DNA of 64,000 bases, from positions 160,001 through 224,000 of the forward strand of contig JAHQWK010000004.1 of the NCBI GenBank assembly GCA_029856145.1, written 5' to 3'. Numbering within the stretch: the stretch's first letter is position 1; every line of letters starts with the position of its first letter. Under the pieces are notes generated by a model that had not been told where the DNA came from, did not search any database, and was given only the letters and a program-made list of their open reading frames with translations. A program made the translations under genes and the position numbers. The DNA is from Promethearchaeia archaeon. Its GTDB lineage: Archaea; Asgardarchaeota; Lokiarchaeia; Sigyniarchaeales; SOKP01. This document shows positions 61,317 to 64,000 of the stretch, in pieces.

Positions 61317-62021
61317 TTAATTTTTTTCTTCATTTTCTTTCTTTTTTTTCTTATCTGTTTTTTGTAAAAGTTCAATTAATATCACGTTATTGAATGAAAA
61401 AAGTATCCTAGGAATGTAATTTTCTGCTAAGTAGGGACCATCATCGATATCTTCTTTTAAGGGAAAGATTTTCTTCTCTTTTATAACTGAATCCAAATAA
61501 TTTCTGTCGTATTCTTTGTACGCATATACTTTGTTATTTACAATAACAAGTTTTCTTTCATAACCTTCAGGTATGTCAGCTTTTTCAATAAGTAATAGAA
61601 TTTTTTCTTTTGATAGTTTTTCAAGCAATTCCAAATCTTGTTCAGTTCCCTCATATGTAGGCCCAGTCTGTGCTTCTACATACTCAGGTTCTTTTTCGAT
61701 ACCTGCGGCTACTTTGAAACCTAAAGTTTCATTACCCTCATCAACAGCACTTATTTTAAAACCAATCCCATACCTATCCCTAACGCTCGGTGCTAATTTA
61801 GCAGCAATAAATTTCATCCTTGTAGTAGTATTACTCCCATGCCAAATCCACACTCTATAATGAATAGGATCAACAAAAAGTAAAACGAAATCTGGATCTA
61901 AAAGTTCAGTTATTTGAATATCATCTGCCAATTCTAATTCTTGGAATTCACTTAATTCATCATTATATTGAAAAACAATAATTTTCTCTTTTTCTTGTTC
62001 TGGTAATTTATCATCTGACAT
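61317..62021 (-). CDS. Gelsolin-domain protein with C-terminal extension
   Basis: LLDPDFVLLFVD...VWIWHGSNTT...FIAAKLA...ISAVDEGNETLGF matches the gelsolin repeat consensus. Confidence 0.8.
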   Translation of the reverse strand: MSDDKLPEQEKEKIIVFQYNDELSEFQELELADDIQITELLDPDFVLLFVDPIHYRVWIWHGSNTTTRMKFIAAKLAPSVRDRYGIGFKISAVDEGNETLGFKVAAGIEKEPEYVEAQTGPTYEGTEQDLELLEKLSKEKILLLIEKADIPEGYERKLVIVNNKVYAYKEYDRNYLDSVIKEKKIFPLKEDIDDGPYLAENYIPRILFSFNNVILIELLQKTDKKKKKENEEKN

Positions 62022-62103
62022 AATCTTGGTTAATCAGTCTTCAATTTATATTACTATATAATTTTACTAATATATTACTATTTTGACTTTTAAAAATATC
62101 TAA

Positions 62104-62188
62104 TGCGGGAAGGGAGATTTGAACTCCCGAACTCCTTTGAGACTGGATTCTGAGTCCAGCACCGTTGACCAGGCTTGGCTATTCCCGC
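62104..62188 (-). tRNA. trnL: tRNA-Leu(CAG), intronless, CCA not encoded
   Basis: GCGGGAA/TTCCCGC acceptor stem, CTGGA-CTCAGAA-TCCAG anticodon arm, long variable arm, GGGAG-TTCAAAT-CTCCC T arm, discriminator A. Confidence 0.95.
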
Positions 62189-62729
62189 AAGCTTTTTTCA
62201 AAATCGAGAAACTCACCTATAACTCCTTTTAATTAAGAAATCTTGCATTCTATTTAGATTTTAATAATTCTTAACAATTTTTTTATTGTTATCATTAAAT
62301 GGATGAGTTATTATCGATTAATTCCTCGTTATATTCATACAACCGAATGGGTTTGATATGCTAACCCTTGTATATCAAATATGGTTAAAGAACGTGTTAT
62401 TTGCTTTCTCCCTCCTTAAGTTTTAGATTTGAGAAACTTTCAAGTCTTTGTAGTCGTCTTATTTCATTACGAATTTGAATTCCATTTATCTAACCTCCTT
62501 TTAATTTGATTTTTTTATTTTCTTCTCTAAAGTGTCTATTTCGGCAGATCTGACCAAATACGCGAAAAATCAAAAGATTAAGATCTTCAAGATGCCTTAT
62601 TTCATTGGTTAAGTGATATGTTTCTAATGTTCTGTGTGATTGCTTGAAACATTGAAACATCTTAGAATTAGATATCTAAATTAGAAGCAGAGAATATGAA
62701 TAGAAAAAAGATTATTTTAATTATTTTTA

Positions 62730-63224
62730 CTAATTACCGACCTGTAAAATTTCAAAACAAGAACCTATTTTATTTTTATTTCTTACCGTCTCAAGCGTTT
62801 CTTGAATTTTCTCAATTAAACGCACTCTATCATAATCCGTGGAGCCAAAATAAGCGAAATACTTAATTGATCTTCCATCAAACGTAGTAAATTTACGCAA
62901 ATGACCATCCTTGTCATGAGAAACCGCGGTGTAATACATAATATCAAAAAAAAGTGCAACTAACTCTAATACAACACGTTCATCTTTTAGAGGTTCTTTG
63001 GCAATCTCTTTCATCTTTTTTCGAATGCTAGTGATGATTTTTGGTCCAAATCGCTTCCTTCGCACTTCATGACATTTTTTGCATAACTTATACATACTAT
63101 CCCTAAAGAATTCAGACTCACTGATCACCACAAACCCAAAATCAGTATAAAAGACTTTTTGGTGATAGAAATTAAAATCGTCAGGATAGATAACCATTAT
63201 AAAAGATTTTCCAAGAAGTTCCAA
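62730..63224 (-). CDS. Hypothetical protein with CxxC
   Basis: 164-aa ORF containing CKKCH. Confidence 0.5.
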   Translation of the reverse strand: MELLGKSFIMVIYPDDFNFYHQKVFYTDFGFVVISESEFFRDSMYKLCKKCHEVRRKRFGPKIITSIRKKMKEIAKEPLKDERVVLELVALFFDIMYYTAVSHDKDGHLRKFTTFDGRSIKYFAYFGSTDYDRVRLIEKIQETLETVRNKNKIGSCFEILQVGN

Positions 63225-63352
63225 TTATATCATCTCAAAATTATGTTATAAAGATATTATAATAGAACTATTTAAAGGAAAATTCAATTCAATCTCAAGA
63301 ATTCAAAAAGATCAAGTTTTTTTTTTAAATAAAAAGATCTAAAGAACCATAT

Positions 63353-63892
63353 ATGGAAGATATAAAAAATAAATATATAGCCCAACCACTTAAAGTACTT
63401 CAAATCCATAAAATCTTAAAAAAAATAACTCAAAATTATGAAAAGGAGTTAATAGAAACATATGAACTGATAAATGAGACTTTAAATTTCCTAAAATCCA
63501 AAGCTAATAATATAGGAAGAAAACCTTTGATACTCTTCAATATGGCTGCGGTATATTTGATCATCTTATTTGAGGGATTCAATAAACAATTCTTCAAAGC
63601 CGCAGCAAATTTCGTATATTATGAAGATGAGATCAGTTTTGAAAAAAAATATAATAAGTCTTATAAACTTAAAGAAGAAATAATAGAAGGAGCATTTGGA
63701 ATTGATTTAAAAAGGGAATTTAAGCAATGGGAACATATAGAGAAATTACATGAAGCTCGAAATCAAGTTACTCATAATATAAAGGATATTCCAGAACATT
63801 CTATTATTGAAATTTCCTATCACGCTGTAAAAGAATATTTTCAATTCATTCAGGAGAAAGTAATAGCTTTTATTGAAACGACAAAAGAATAA
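63353..63892 (+). CDS. Putative HEPN-domain protein
   Basis: All-helical, N-terminal ILFEGF helix and RNQVTH (R-x4-H) motif. Confidence 0.6.
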   Translation: MEDIKNKYIAQPLKVLQIHKILKKITQNYEKELIETYELINETLNFLKSKANNIGRKPLILFNMAAVYLIILFEGFNKQFFKAAANFVYYEDEISFEKKYNKSYKLKEEIIEGAFGIDLKREFKQWEHIEKLHEARNQVTHNIKDIPEHSIIEISYHAVKEYFQFIQEKVIAFIETTKE

Positions 63893-64000
63893 AATAACAC
63901 TAGATTTCTTTATTCTTTTTCAAAAAATGGTTTATATACCTAAATCCAGCCTAAGTTCTTGATGATTTAGAGATCATATTCTCATTCAAGTCTTTTTCTT

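Noticed and set aside
2445-61860. Short track ORFs overlapping longer genes (e.g. 2989..3270, 12231..12713, 16708..16998, 19059..19439, 27200..27505, 31257..31532, 41197..41412, 61573..61860)
   Set aside because: Antisense or alternate-frame shadows of well-supported genes with no recognisable motifs.
62104-62188. tRNA as an integration site, or as tRNA-Sec
   Set aside because: No duplicated tRNA 3' end or integrase seen in the window; the anticodon is CAG with a normal 7-bp acceptor stem.
1-64000. CRISPR arrays, rRNA genes, transposases or integrases
   Set aside because: No regularly spaced repeats, rRNA-like GC-rich tract or transposase/integrase motifs were seen by eye.

Overview
AT-rich archaeal DNA whose gene content points to an Asgard archaeon, probably Lokiarchaeia: it has roadblock, longin/uDENN, Rag-, Arf- and Rab-like GTPases, a gelsolin domain and an archaeal mevalonate pathway. 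This assignment is inferred from gene content, not from a marker gene. Blocks in order: (1) 1-11 kb, tandem paralogous surface proteins, beta-helix proteins and MBL hydrolases; (2) 11-28.8 kb, a signalling island mixing PAS/GAF histidine kinases and receiver domains with four Rag-like GTPases, longin/uDENN proteins and an Arf-like GTPase ending in polyproline plus a WH2-like motif; (3) 29.5-34.8 kb, amidohydrolase, GCS2-type ligase and a solenoid protein; (4) 34.9-48.4 kb, an essentially complete Aeropyrum-type mevalonate/isoprenoid cluster; (5) 48.6-64 kb, mixed genes including two DNA methyltransferases, multi-TM-longin paralogs, gelsolin and tRNA-Leu(CAG). The ORF track misses the two main signals. 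First, two 30-31 nt hairpin insertions with bulge-helix-bulge geometry and the same ATTTC loop split conserved motifs of uppS (DG|NRRW) and mvk (GE|H); these are candidate mRNA micro-introns. Second, a hypothetical gene has an in-frame TGA and a eukaryote-like SECIS hairpin in its 3' UTR, making it a candidate new selenoprotein. All calls come from manual reading; no searches were run.
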